DNA of 64,000 nt from an uncultured Candidatus Woesearchaeota archaeon (GTDB lineage: Archaea > Nanobdellota > Nanobdellia > Woesearchaeales > DSVV01): contig OY970338.1 in assembly GCA_963717515.1 (NCBI GenBank), positions 1,595,593-1,659,592 on the forward strand, read 5' to 3'. Made by a program: the position numbers and the translations under genes. The notes beneath the pieces were generated by a model. That model made no database searches. It was not told the origin of the DNA and saw nothing but the letters and a program-made list of their open reading frames with translations. Shown piece by piece: positions 37,752-47,656 of the stretch; the stretch's first letter is position 1; every line of letters begins with the position of its first letter.

Positions 37752-37932
37752 GAGCCTGTAGCCTAGTCTGGATATCGGCAAATTGAGCTGCAGCTGGATT
37801 TGCATGGTAGTGCAAATAGGGCGACAAGGATGGGTGTATGTTCACAGTCCATCGCAAGCCTCCTATGCCCTGGGATGTTGATTCCTGGCGGCGGACAGCT
37901 GTAGATCGGGGGTTCGAATCCCCCCAGGCTCG
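37752..37932 (+). tRNA. tRNA-Arg(CCT) with three introns (37772-37815, 37827-37857, 37866-37896)
   Basis: Joined exons give the 75-nt cloverleaf GAGCCTG TA GCCT AGTCTGGATA GGGC G ACAGC CT CCT AA GCTGT AGATC GGGGG TTCGAAT CCCCC CAGGCTC G, with Arg identity elements A20 and G73. Confidence 0.88.
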
Positions 37933-38004
37933 TTTCCTCAACCAGTTAATTTCCGTCAACAAAGCAAGCATCAGTTTCACATGCCTGTCCAGCCCAGGTG
38001 GAAA

Positions 38005-39096
38005 ATGCCAATGCTCCAGAAACTTAAAGAGGGTCTTCGGATTGTGAAAAGAGCCCGGCGTATCAAAAAAAAAGGGTTCCAGAGATACGACGGCAGCCCG
38101 GAGAAGATATGCCGCCAGATTGTGAATAAGTGCTGGAACGGAACGTATTTCCAGACAAGCGCGGGGCATTTCTCAGTCTTCTATATCAGGGATTTCGCAA
38201 TCTGCATACCCGGCCTGCTGAAGCAGGGCTATGGAGAGGAAGTCGTGAAGACTCTCCAGTATGCAATGAACATATTCTCGACCTGGAGAAAACTGACGAC
38301 GACAATAACTCCTCAGGACATCCCGGTCCACATGCATCACTACTCACCTGATTCGCTTCCGATGCTCCTCCGGAGCCTGAGGGAGGCAGGGGCGACTGAG
38401 CTTGCTGAGATCTACAGGCCTTTCATCGAGGAGCAGGTGGATAATTACTACCAGAAAGTCCTTGATACAGAGACCGGGCTGGTGAGGGCAGGGAAATTCA
38501 GCTCCATGAAGGACAATTTCCAGAGGGACAGCTCGTGCTATGACAACTGCATGCTTGCCATGCTCTCAACTGAGCTTGACCTGCTGAAGTTCAGCAATCC
38601 ATTCAGGCAGCATGATTACAGGAGGCTCATAAAAGATAATTTCTGGAATGGCAGATATTTCTTCGATGACATGAAGAAGAAAGATTACGTCGCAGGCGAC
38701 GCAAACACATTCCCGTTCTGGTGCGGGGTGTTCGATGACACCAAGATGTTCCGATCATGCCTCGGTGAGATCAAGAGGGCCGGGCTTGACATGCCATGGC
38801 CCCTGAAATACACCGGAGAGCCTGTGCCGGGTGCCATGTTCCCATACAATATCCTCCTACCAGACTACGAGACTGATTCAATATGGATGCACCTGGGACT
38901 CTGCTTCTTAGACGTGGTGAAAAAATTCGACAGGACGCAGTATGAGCACTATGCCAAAAGCTACAGGGAAGCGATCGAGAAGCATAAGAATTTCCTGGAG
39001 CTCTACAACCGGGACGGCTCCTGTTTCCTGAAGCGGCTGTATGCAAGCGATGAGTCCATGCTCTGGGCTGCGAAATACCTCGAGCTGAACAGTTAA
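38005..39096 (+). CDS. Six-hairpin glycoside hydrolase-like protein
   Basis: FYIRDF, WPLKY, YETDSIWMH, FLELY and MLWAA recall (alpha/alpha)6 glycosidases. Confidence 0.6.
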   Translation: MPMLQKLKEGLRIVKRARRIKKKGFQRYDGSPEKICRQIVNKCWNGTYFQTSAGHFSVFYIRDFAICIPGLLKQGYGEEVVKTLQYAMNIFSTWRKLTTTITPQDIPVHMHHYSPDSLPMLLRSLREAGATELAEIYRPFIEEQVDNYYQKVLDTETGLVRAGKFSSMKDNFQRDSSCYDNCMLAMLSTELDLLKFSNPFRQHDYRRLIKDNFWNGRYFFDDMKKKDYVAGDANTFPFWCGVFDDTKMFRSCLGEIKRAGLDMPWPLKYTGEPVPGAMFPYNILLPDYETDSIWMHLGLCFLDVVKKFDRTQYEHYAKSYREAIEKHKNFLELYNRDGSCFLKRLYASDESMLWAAKYLELNS

Positions 39097-39127
39097 ATAT
39101 TTATACAAGGATAATTTCAGAAACTTA

Positions 39128-39757
39128 ATGAGAATCGTGATACTCGGCCCTCAGGCATCGGGCAAGGGGACACAGGCAGACCTGCTTTCTGAAAGGTTCG
39201 GCATCCCGCACGTATCCACTGGCGACATCCTCAGGCAGAACATCAAGGACATGACCGGACTGGGAAAGACTGCGCTCGGATACATAAACGAGGGCAAGCT
39301 CGTGCCTGATGAGGTCATAAACAATGTTGTCGGTGACAGGCTGGCCATGAGGGATTGCGAGGCAGGGTTCATCCTCGACGGGTTCCCAAGAAACATCGAG
39401 CAGGCAGAATTCCTTGATAAGGCAGCTGAGCTTGACAGGGTGATTGAGATTACAGTATCAGACAAGGAGGCTATCAGGAGGATCTCAGGAAGGAGGACAT
39501 GCCAGAAATGCCACGCGGTCTACAGCATCTACCAGGACTCTGAAGAGGCCATCAGCGGGGTCTGCAAAAAATGCGGAGGAAATCTCGTGATAAGGGACGA
39601 CGACAGGGAAGAGGCAGTTAAGAAGCGCCTTGAGATCTACCACGAAGAGACAGAGCCGCTGATAGATTTCTATGACAGGAAGGGGCTCATGATGAAGATC
39701 GACGGTGAGAGGCCGATAGATGTCATATTCGAAGAGATCTCAAAAAAATTAAAATAA
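39128..39757 (+). CDS. adk: Adenylate kinase (bacterial type, zinc LID)
   Basis: GPQASGKGTQ, STGDILR, LDGFPR, CQKC..CKKC, RDDD. Confidence 0.95.
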   Translation: MRIVILGPQASGKGTQADLLSERFGIPHVSTGDILRQNIKDMTGLGKTALGYINEGKLVPDEVINNVVGDRLAMRDCEAGFILDGFPRNIEQAEFLDKAAELDRVIEITVSDKEAIRRISGRRTCQKCHAVYSIYQDSEEAISGVCKKCGGNLVIRDDDREEAVKKRLEIYHEETEPLIDFYDRKGLMMKIDGERPIDVIFEEISKKLK

Positions 39758-39761
39758 AAAT

Positions 39762-39872
39762 TCAGTCGTCGTCTATCTCTGAAAAAGAAGGGTCCTCAAA
39801 ATCATAATCCTCAGCGTCAAGATCCTCTTCCTCATGACAGAAATACTTTTCTTCGGTTTCCATTTCTTCCAT
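39762..39872 (-). CDS. Putative 36-aa extremely acidic peptide
   Basis: MEEMETEEKYFCHEEEDLDAEDYDFEDPSFSEIDDD; G-rich ribosome-binding site and TTTATATA upstream. Confidence 0.5.
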   Translation of the reverse strand: MEEMETEEKYFCHEEEDLDAEDYDFEDPSFSEIDDD

Positions 39873-39974
39873 CGCTTCCCACCCAGAAAAACTAAATTGG
39901 TGTTGGATGTGGGCAGGTAGTATATAAAGGTTGCTTTTTTCGGCTATAGATTGCACAGTTGACTGGAAGAGAGC

Positions 39975-41396
39975 CTAAAGGAACTTCTTCACTATCTCAT
40001 TCACTTTCTTGCCGTCGACTTTCCCATGGTATTTCTTCATGACCATACCCATGATTGCACCCATACCAGCACCTTTGTTGCTCTCTACAATCTTTTTTAT
40101 CTCCTCTTCGATATCGTCGACAGATGCCATCTGATAGTTTTTCAGGTCAAGCTTTTTCCCTTTTGCGATATCAACAAGGATCTTCATGACCGAATCCTTA
40201 GATATCTCAGAAATGTCAAGCGCGGAGAATATGCTTTTGAGGTCATCGTTTTTTATGAGGGAGGTATCACAGGGCTTGAAATCCCTTAAAAGCTCACGCG
40301 AGTAGGAAACGAGGGTCTCAGCGACGAAGGCAGGCTTGACATTTTCGGATTTTTTTGCGATGGACTCAAACAGCTCTGCCTTTTCCGATTTAGACATCGC
40401 CTTTGCAAGGTCTGATGACAGCTGGAACTGCTTCTCGAACCTCTTTGCCTTGTCGAAGGCAAGCTCTCTTGCCTTCACTTTGCCTATCTTGGGCCTTACA
40501 GGAGGTATGTCAGTCTCAGGATACATCCTTGCAGCACCAGGCATGGGACGCAGGAAGCTCGTCGAGAAATCAGGCTCAGCCTTCCGGACCTCCTGGCTTA
40601 TCTTTTTCCCTTTCTTCATCAGACCCTGCTGCCTCTCGATCTCGCTCTTGATGACTTTAGGTATGGACCTGAGGTCCTGGAATCCTTTTATCTCTGTCCT
40701 CGCCCCGCCTCTTATGGATATGTTGACATCCTGGCGTATGGTGCCGAGCCCCCGCCTGACCTTCCCTGTCGAGCGCAGGATCATCCCAAGCTTCTCTGCT
40801 GTCTCCTTGGCATGCTCAGGGCTCCTTATGTCTGCATCTGTCGCGATCTCGATCAGCGCGATTCCCAGCCTGTCAAGCCGGTAGGTGACAGTGTCCTTTG
40901 TCTCACCCAGCTTCTGGGCAGCCTCTTCCTCTATGCAGATGCTCGGAATCCTGACTTCTCCAAGGCTCGTATCGACATGGCCGTTGAAGCCGACAAGCGC
41001 AGTCCTCTGGAACCCGGTGGTGTTCGAGCCGTCGACGACTGTCTTTCTCATCACCTGGATATCGTCGACAATCTCGGCGTTAAGCAGCTGGGCCACCTCG
41101 ACAGCGGCAGAAAGGGCATCCTTGTTGATGGGATGGGGAGGCTCCTCGTCGAACTCGACAAGGCATGTGTCTTCTGAGCTTGCGATGTACAAGAACCTCT
41201 TGGCCTTCTTCATCTCATGCGAGGCAGCTGCATCGACCTCTCCTGTCTCGCCGGCAACAGCCCTCAGCCTCCTCTCTGCCTTCAGGTCAGGCTCCATAGA
41301 GCTGTTCAATGCCGGGCAGCTGCAGAAAAGCTTCCTGCCTGCCAGCTGCTGATGTATCTCGATGCCGCAGCGAAAACCAAGCTTTTCATAATCCAT
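39975..41396 (-). CDS. gatE: Glu-tRNA(Gln) amidotransferase subunit E, lacking the insertion domain
   Basis: GIEIHQQL, KLFC, DEEPPH, MRKTVVDGSNTTGFQRT, RGLGTIRQDVN, RMYPETD. Confidence 0.93.
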   Translation of the reverse strand: MDYEKLGFRCGIEIHQQLAGRKLFCSCPALNSSMEPDLKAERRLRAVAGETGEVDAAASHEMKKAKRFLYIASSEDTCLVEFDEEPPHPINKDALSAAVEVAQLLNAEIVDDIQVMRKTVVDGSNTTGFQRTALVGFNGHVDTSLGEVRIPSICIEEEAAQKLGETKDTVTYRLDRLGIALIEIATDADIRSPEHAKETAEKLGMILRSTGKVRRGLGTIRQDVNISIRGGARTEIKGFQDLRSIPKVIKSEIERQQGLMKKGKKISQEVRKAEPDFSTSFLRPMPGAARMYPETDIPPVRPKIGKVKARELAFDKAKRFEKQFQLSSDLAKAMSKSEKAELFESIAKKSENVKPAFVAETLVSYSRELLRDFKPCDTSLIKNDDLKSIFSALDISEISKDSVMKILVDIAKGKKLDLKNYQMASVDDIEEEIKKIVESNKGAGMGAIMGMVMKKYHGKVDGKKVNEIVKKFL

Positions 41397-41431
41397 AATG
41401 CAGAAGATTCCCCGGTAATTTAAAAAATTTT

Positions 41432-42040
41432 CTACAGCTTCATTGCCTTGAGGCTCGAATTGACCAGGTGATAAGTGTTCCTGTCCTTTGCAGCTGTGTA
41501 TTTGTTGACAGAAAACCCGTTCAGGTTCAGGAGTCTCAGGATCTGGCTTTTCGTGAAATAGTTCAGGTGATGGCCGCCTATGTATGTCCAGTTTCTCTTC
41601 GGGCAATGCTCCCTGCAGTAAGGGTCCTGGGTCGAGAGGATCTTTGTTATCAGGGTGCCGTCGTACTTTATGAGCTTTGCAAGCTCCTTGTAGAACTTGC
41701 TGTGCCTGCTCCTGAGCAGGCTGTTCGAATAACTGTTGTCGAACACTGCGCCGAACGAGTCCTTCTGCAACCTTTTAGCGAAGCTGAAGAAATCGCTGTA
41801 CTCGTAATTGATATCCTTGTTGTTCTCCCTCGCTTCCTTGACAGTGTCGAGGTCGCTCTCGACGACAGTCACATCGAAACCGAGCCTCAGCGCCTCTTCT
41901 GCCTCGGGCGCATCTGAGATGATGAGAAGCTTTCCCTTGACAGACTGCGCTTTGAGAAAGCCAATTACCTTTCTGTCAGATTCGCTTTTCTCCTGCTTTT
42001 TCTTCTTCGAGTAGGAAAAGAGCGTGAGTTTTTTAGCCAT
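41432..42040 (-). CDS. Class I SAM-dependent methyltransferase-like protein (degenerate motif I)
   Basis: GFDVTVVE, DFF, FGAVFD and LIKYDG pattern; glycine-rich loop absent. Confidence 0.55.
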   Translation of the reverse strand: MAKKLTLFSYSKKKKQEKSESDRKVIGFLKAQSVKGKLLIISDAPEAEEALRLGFDVTVVESDLDTVKEARENNKDINYEYSDFFSFAKRLQKDSFGAVFDNSYSNSLLRSRHSKFYKELAKLIKYDGTLITKILSTQDPYCREHCPKRNWTYIGGHHLNYFTKSQILRLLNLNGFSVNKYTAAKDRNTYHLVNSSLKAMKL

Positions 42041-42099
42041 GAACAAAAAGTGGGAAAAAAGTATATAAAAATGTTGCTGTTTTCACTGATGCTGTTGGT

Positions 42100-42516
42100 T
42101 TATCCCTGCTTGGCGAGGTCGCTTATATACCTGAACTTGAGCGGGTCAGCGCCTCTCTTGGCATTGTTCGATCCGTGCGGTAGAAGCACCTCCATGGCAT
42201 CGCTGTCCAGGATTATGGGTTTTCCATTCATCGCATCATAGCCGGTATCTCCCGAAAATGCCACTATCCAGTATCCCGAGCGGCCTGTGTCGTCGTGAAA
42301 GGTCTTCTGGAACCTCATCTTCATCTCTTCAGCATCATCAGGTATCTTTACTGCCTGGTTCGGTGCATATCCTGCACCAGGCTTGTGGTGCCTTGCATTC
42401 GGGCTGTATCCCATCACTGACGCATTGTTGCTGTACATTTTTCCATTCCTCCTGCTGGTCCTTCGATAAGCCCAAGAAAAGACACAACAGTCGAGAATCA
42501 ATCCTTGAGCAGCCAC
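42100..42516 (-). CDS. Hypothetical protein (start uncertain)
   Basis: ORF only. Confidence 0.4.
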   Translation of the reverse strand: MAAQGLILDCCVFSWAYRRTSRRNGKMYSNNASVMGYSPNARHHKPGAGYAPNQAVKIPDDAEEMKMRFQKTFHDDTGRSGYWIVAFSGDTGYDAMNGKPIILDSDAMEVLLPHGSNNAKRGADPLKFRYISDLAKQG

Positions 42517-42637
42517 CTTTTCAGATGACGCCCAGAACCAGCACTACCACAATCAGCATCATAATTGCCAGCACATTGTGGTTTATCATATGGTGCATCA
42601 CAATTTCAAAGCTAGTATATAAATCATTCGGTGGGAT

Positions 42638-43684
42638 TCACCGGTCTTTCAGGTAATTTCCTATGATTTTCAGCCCTTTGTCAATCTTCTCAGCGTCAAG
42701 AGCATAGGAGAGCCTTATCCTTCCAGGTGCGCCGAACCATTCGCCGAGATACGTCACCACCTTGTGCTTGAAGAAGAGGTCGCTCACTGCCTTTTCCGGG
42801 TCCTTGACCTTCGGGAGCACGTAGAATGCGCCCTCGGGCTTCCAGACGTCGAGGCCCAGGTCCTGCAAGCCTTTGAATATGAGGTCCCTCCTCTCTTTCC
42901 ATATCTTCACCTGTTTGTCGACGTAACTCCTGTCGACCTTTGTCGCCTCATAAGCCATCTCCTGGCCCACGATGCTCGTGTTCATGGAAGTATGGGTCTT
43001 GAGTTCAGTCGCCCCTTCTGTTATATCCTTGTGGTTGGAATACAGGTAGCCAATGCGAAATCCGCACATGGAGAATGTCTTTGAGAATGAATTTATAGTC
43101 ACTACCTGGTCGCCCTGGAGCATGTAGTTCTCCCGCTCGTATATAAGATCCTTGTAGACCTCGTCGGAAATTATGACCACACCAAGGTCCTGGCAGAGCT
43201 TCTCTATCTGCTTGAGGGTCTTTATGGGCTGGAGCCTGCCTGTCGGGTTGGATGGTGAATTTATCATGACAGCCCTGCAGTCCCTGACTTTTGCATCGAA
43301 ATCATCCATATCAATCCTGCCTTTTACGGTCTCTGTAAATACTGGCTTGAGATTGTTGAACCTGGCAAGCGGGACATAAGAGTAATAATAGGGCTTGTGG
43401 AGAAGGATGTTTCCGCCCTGTCTTCCCAGGTATCTGAGAGTGAGGTCTATTGCCTCTGATGCGCCGTTCGTTATCACGAAATCATCCTTTGTCGAATTTT
43501 TAAATTCTTTTGAGAGCTGCTCCCTCAGATTGTCCTGGCCCTGGACAAGGCCGTACTTGAAATGCCTGTACCTACCGAGAATCTTGTATATGTCCTCTGG
43601 CGGGGGAAGGTCAGGCTGGCCTGCGCCGAATGATATGTGGTCACTGCCGTTGACTCCTATGAACATCGATGGGGTTATCTTCAT
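42638..43684 (-). CDS. Class I/II PLP-dependent aminotransferase
   Basis: GQPD, TNGASEA, NSPSNPTG, SDEVY, SFSKTFSMCGFRIG, GAFY, IRLSY. Confidence 0.95.
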   Translation of the reverse strand: MKITPSMFIGVNGSDHISFGAGQPDLPPPEDIYKILGRYRHFKYGLVQGQDNLREQLSKEFKNSTKDDFVITNGASEAIDLTLRYLGRQGGNILLHKPYYYSYVPLARFNNLKPVFTETVKGRIDMDDFDAKVRDCRAVMINSPSNPTGRLQPIKTLKQIEKLCQDLGVVIISDEVYKDLIYERENYMLQGDQVVTINSFSKTFSMCGFRIGYLYSNHKDITEGATELKTHTSMNTSIVGQEMAYEATKVDRSYVDKQVKIWKERRDLIFKGLQDLGLDVWKPEGAFYVLPKVKDPEKAVSDLFFKHKVVTYLGEWFGAPGRIRLSYALDAEKIDKGLKIIGNYLKDR

Positions 43685-43962
43685 GTTTTAACCTCGCTTA
43701 ATGTAGTCTGGTCCCAGGATACGCCCAAGATGAAGATGAGGATTGATCTCAGGCAGCCGATGAAAGATTTCACATGGCCGCTAGAACCAGCACTATGCCA
43801 ACTGCCGCTGTTGCGGTTTTATTTATGGTTGCCATAGTTAATTCTGGTTTTGGTGGGAGGTTATATAAAAATATATCGGAAAATTCGATTAGATATTTTA
43901 TTTGTTGAGAATTAATAATATTTATATATACCAAGTTCTTAAATCTCATCATCATGGGGCAT

Positions 43963-45255
43963 ATGTCATCATACAGTTACAGGGAGCTTCAGAAGAGGAT
44001 AGATGAAAGTGTCCAGGGAGCTCCGAGTTCACGAAAGCTCAGAAGAATCTTTGAGACTATATTCTCAGAAAAAGAGGCGAAACTGATATCAGTGCTTCCA
44101 TTATTCCTCTTCACAGCAAAAGAGGCAGCAGAGTTATGGGAAGTCTCAACAGGAACTGCAAGAAAATATCTTGATGATCTTGCAGTAAAAGGGGTTGTGC
44201 TTGATCTGAAAAGCAGGAGGAAGCATATGTATTTTCTTCTTCCGCCGTTGGCAGGCTTTTTTGAGATGACCATGTATGGCGGGAAAAAATATGATGAAGA
44301 TGAGCTTTCCAGGAATTTTTATGATTACCTGACCAAAGGAAACAGATTCATGAACGAGCTATTAAAAGTTGATCCAATACCTGGTAGGATTTATGTTCAG
44401 ACCGGTGCGTTGGATGATAAACAAAAAAAGGAAATTAAAGATTATGAAAAAGCAGAGAATGTCATTGATACGGCATACTCTATAGGATTAGGTATATGTT
44501 ACTGCCGGCATAAGATGGAGCATCTTGGAAAGAAATGCAGGCATGAACAGATGAATTGCCTGACATTCAATGAGGGTGCGGAATCATTCATCAGGCATGG
44601 GCTTGCAAAAAAGATAACCAAGACACAGGCAAAAAAAATACTCCAAGATGCAGAGAAAAATGGGCTTGTCCAGTTCGGTGAGAGTGTCCAGGATAATGCA
44701 TTATTCATATGCAATTGCTGTGATTGCTGCTGTGAGGCTTTGAATGCATACAAGAGATTTGGGCATAGGGGCATACAGCACTCCAACTTCAGGGCTGTCA
44801 TCAATAATGAAACATGCATTAAATGCGGTCTGTGCACAAGGATATGTCCTGTCAGAGCAATAAGCGACAGACCTAAAGTGTCAATCCATGATTGCCTGGG
44901 CTGTGGTGTCTGTGTCCAGAAATGCCCAACAAACAGCATAAGCCTTGAAAAAACTCCAACCAAATTCATCCCAAAAGATCCTTTCGAAAGGATGATCTTT
45001 GAAGCAATAGACAAGGGAGAATTGCAGAATTACATTTTTGACAATCATAAACTATGGACTCATCGGATGTTGAAACGCCTCTCAGGGGTGTTGTTCAGGA
45101 AAGAGACCATAAAAAAAGTTCTGAAAAAAAATAAGATTGAATCAATCCTCCTCAGGCTTGCCATGAAGACTGAAAAATATCATAGATACCAGGAGTTTGT
45201 CCTAAAGAATAAGAAGGAGGATTATTCCCATCCTGAGATGCGCAAAACAAATTGA
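43963..45255 (+). CDS. Iron-sulfur protein (wHTH-like N-terminus, Cys-rich middle, 2[4Fe-4S] ferredoxin)
   Basis: CYCR, CNCCDCCC, CIKCGLCTRICP, CLGCGVCVQKCP; more AT-rich than the flanks. Confidence 0.85.
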   Translation: MSSYSYRELQKRIDESVQGAPSSRKLRRIFETIFSEKEAKLISVLPLFLFTAKEAAELWEVSTGTARKYLDDLAVKGVVLDLKSRRKHMYFLLPPLAGFFEMTMYGGKKYDEDELSRNFYDYLTKGNRFMNELLKVDPIPGRIYVQTGALDDKQKKEIKDYEKAENVIDTAYSIGLGICYCRHKMEHLGKKCRHEQMNCLTFNEGAESFIRHGLAKKITKTQAKKILQDAEKNGLVQFGESVQDNALFICNCCDCCCEALNAYKRFGHRGIQHSNFRAVINNETCIKCGLCTRICPVRAISDRPKVSIHDCLGCGVCVQKCPTNSISLEKTPTKFIPKDPFERMIFEAIDKGELQNYIFDNHKLWTHRMLKRLSGVLFRKETIKKVLKKNKIESILLRLAMKTEKYHRYQEFVLKNKKEDYSHPEMRKTN

Positions 45256-45325
45256 TTGCCAAATAGTCTAGGAAAACTGAATTATAGAAAAATTTTTTAT
45301 ATAGGTTAATCCAGTCTCAATCTTG

Positions 45326-47656
45326 ATGAGTTCGTCAAGATTGATTTATCTTTTGAGTATCCTGGCTATATTGATTATTCCTTTGTCTTATGCTTCTGAC
45401 ATCTACGTCTCAAAGCAGGGTTCGAATTCAGCCTCATGCGGTGCAGTCGGCAGTCCGTGCCTGACTATCGAGCATGCAGTCGAAAAGCGGGCTGTCAGTG
45501 GTGATGTTATCAAGGTGAATGATGGGACATATACAGAAAACCAAATAACTTTTCCCTTGGGTGTATCACTTACTGCTGTAAACAAGAATTACCCTAATCC
45601 AACAGTAAAAATTGAGGCTGCAGCCAGTTTTTTAGCACTTTTAGATTTGAGGTCGACCCCTCCTGTCAAGGACGGAGCCATGAGATATCATATATCGACA
45701 TAGCAGGAGCAAAGGTACAGTATGGGATTGATGTTGAAGACCGAAGCAACATCCATATCCATCATTGCTATCTCCATGACCATGTGGATCTGCAATGGAC
45801 AAGGGCGATACGGGTGGCATCGACAGAGGCAGCTGCATATGGAAGTGATTGGAGGCCATTGGTCCCATACGACGGGAGGGATCTTGATGCATGGCTTGCG
45901 AAGTGGACCTTTGCTCCAGTCGAGAATATCGAAATTGACCATGTAAAGATTATCGATTGGGGGAGGATCCCTGTTGACAACAAGGCAAGCACAGGAGGCA
46001 TCCAGCCTATCGGATGGAAAGGGGGTTCGATTCACGACAGTTATTTCGAGGCAACAAACCCAGCATATTACATAAAATTCATACAAGCAACTTCTGCATT
46101 TATCCGTGACGTAGATATCTACAATAACAAGATAATCAGCCATAACAAAGGATCCAACGGTTCAGTCTGGTCAGTTGAGCTCTGGGGACATATAAATAAT
46201 AGATTATACAACAATGATTTTAATTTACCTGTATCATGGACCTATGGCTATGGTACAGAGGTTTTTAACAACACAATTATTGAAGAATCCGCGAAATCAG
46301 TCGGCATAGAGGGGATCGGCCAGTCCAACTACAGAGTGTACAACAATTATGTCGTGAATGGGGCTGATGGCGGAATAAATGTCGGACTTGGAAGATACGG
46401 AAGTCTTGACCACATTATGGGAAACATCGAGGTGTTCGGCAATGTCATAGAAAAAGTCTGGTACAAACCAGTCTGCGTCTATGCCTCCGACCTCCATTCA
46501 TATCATAAGGAGCTGCATAACGTGTCTGTCCACCACAACACAGCCAGCAAGATAAGCCACTATGGGTATTACATCGGAATGGATAGCGTTAATGGAGGAA
46601 CAATGATTGTTGATGACATCAGCTTCGAGAACAACATCGTGACAGGAGCAGCAGAATCCTGCGGCCAGTTCACAAACAAAGACAATAAGGGAACCATGGG
46701 CTCATACAAGATAGACCATAACCTCTACTACGGTCTGTGGCACCAACACCTTCTCTAGCCTGACAGAGACAAATGCGATAATTCAAGACCCGCTCTTTGT
46801 TGCTGACACTCCCATAATCTCAGCGGACGAGTACAGGCTCCAGACAGGATCCCCTGCTATTGACAAGGGAGTGGACCTCGGGCTTAGAGGTACAGACATT
46901 TGGGGGAATAATTATGATTCAACACCAAATATCGGAGCATTCCAGGGTGGGGGGTCTGGCGGATGCAGTCCAGACTGGGTCTATTCAGAATGGGCATGCA
47001 ATGTCTGCGTTAACAGTAAACAAGATTGTAACAGGACCAGGACAGATGCAAATGGTTGCAGCGGGGAAATAATTGAGAGAAAAACCGTGAGTTGTGAGAC
47101 TGGTGACTTCATCTCTCAGTCAGGCTGGAGCCTGCATTATGTTGACAGCATAGAGGACGCTGACGGCCATTATTATCCTGCTGAGCAGGCATTCGATGGA
47201 GACCCCGACACCATGTGGCACACTGAATGGCGACCGAACATGCCTTCCCATCCGCATGAGATACAGATAGATCTCGGTGCCAGGTATGATATCTCAGGGT
47301 TTGCCTATCTGCCGCGCATCCCAGACGGCAATGGCAAGATAAAGGATTATGGGTTCTATGTCAGCGACGACACAAGTGATTGGAGAAACCCAGCTGCAGA
47401 GGGCTCGTTCGATTCCACTACAGCAGAAAAGAAGGTAATGTTCTCGCCTGTGTCTGGCAGGTATGTGAGGCTTGTCGCATTCTCAGAGGTCAACGGGGGA
47501 CCGCTCACAGCTGTAGCAGAGCTAAACATGATAGGCTCTCCTGCAACGTGCATCGGATTCGCAGAGCTGCTTGATTCGATCAACAGGTGGAAGAGCAATG
47601 AATTGACGATGACAGGGCTTTTGGAAACAGTAAGACAATGGAAGCTCGGCTGCTAA
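45326..47656 (+). pseudogene. Secreted beta-helix, choice-of-anchor-Q-like, discoidin (F5/8) surface protein broken by two frameshifts
   Basis: Frames join at ~45675 (-1; KDG-SHEISYIDI) and ~46735 (+1; YYG-CGTNTF...DPLF...YRLQTGSPAIDKG). Signal peptide; AFDGDPDTMWH, IDLG and RYVRL discoidin motifs. Confidence 0.8.

Noticed and set aside
37788..37896. Alternative anticodon readings GCA (Cys, 37790) or GCG (Arg, 37891)
   Set aside because: They give mismatched D or anticodon arms. Only CCT gives a fully paired cloverleaf with consistent junction geometry.
37732..38169. ORFs 37732-38169 (-) and 37838-38047 (+)
   Set aside because: They overlap the intron-containing tRNA and have no recognisable protein features.
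43695..43835. TGA read-through or recoding extending the 21-aa micro-ORF
   Set aside because: TGA terminates many well-supported genes here, and no SECIS-like element or sensible product was seen.
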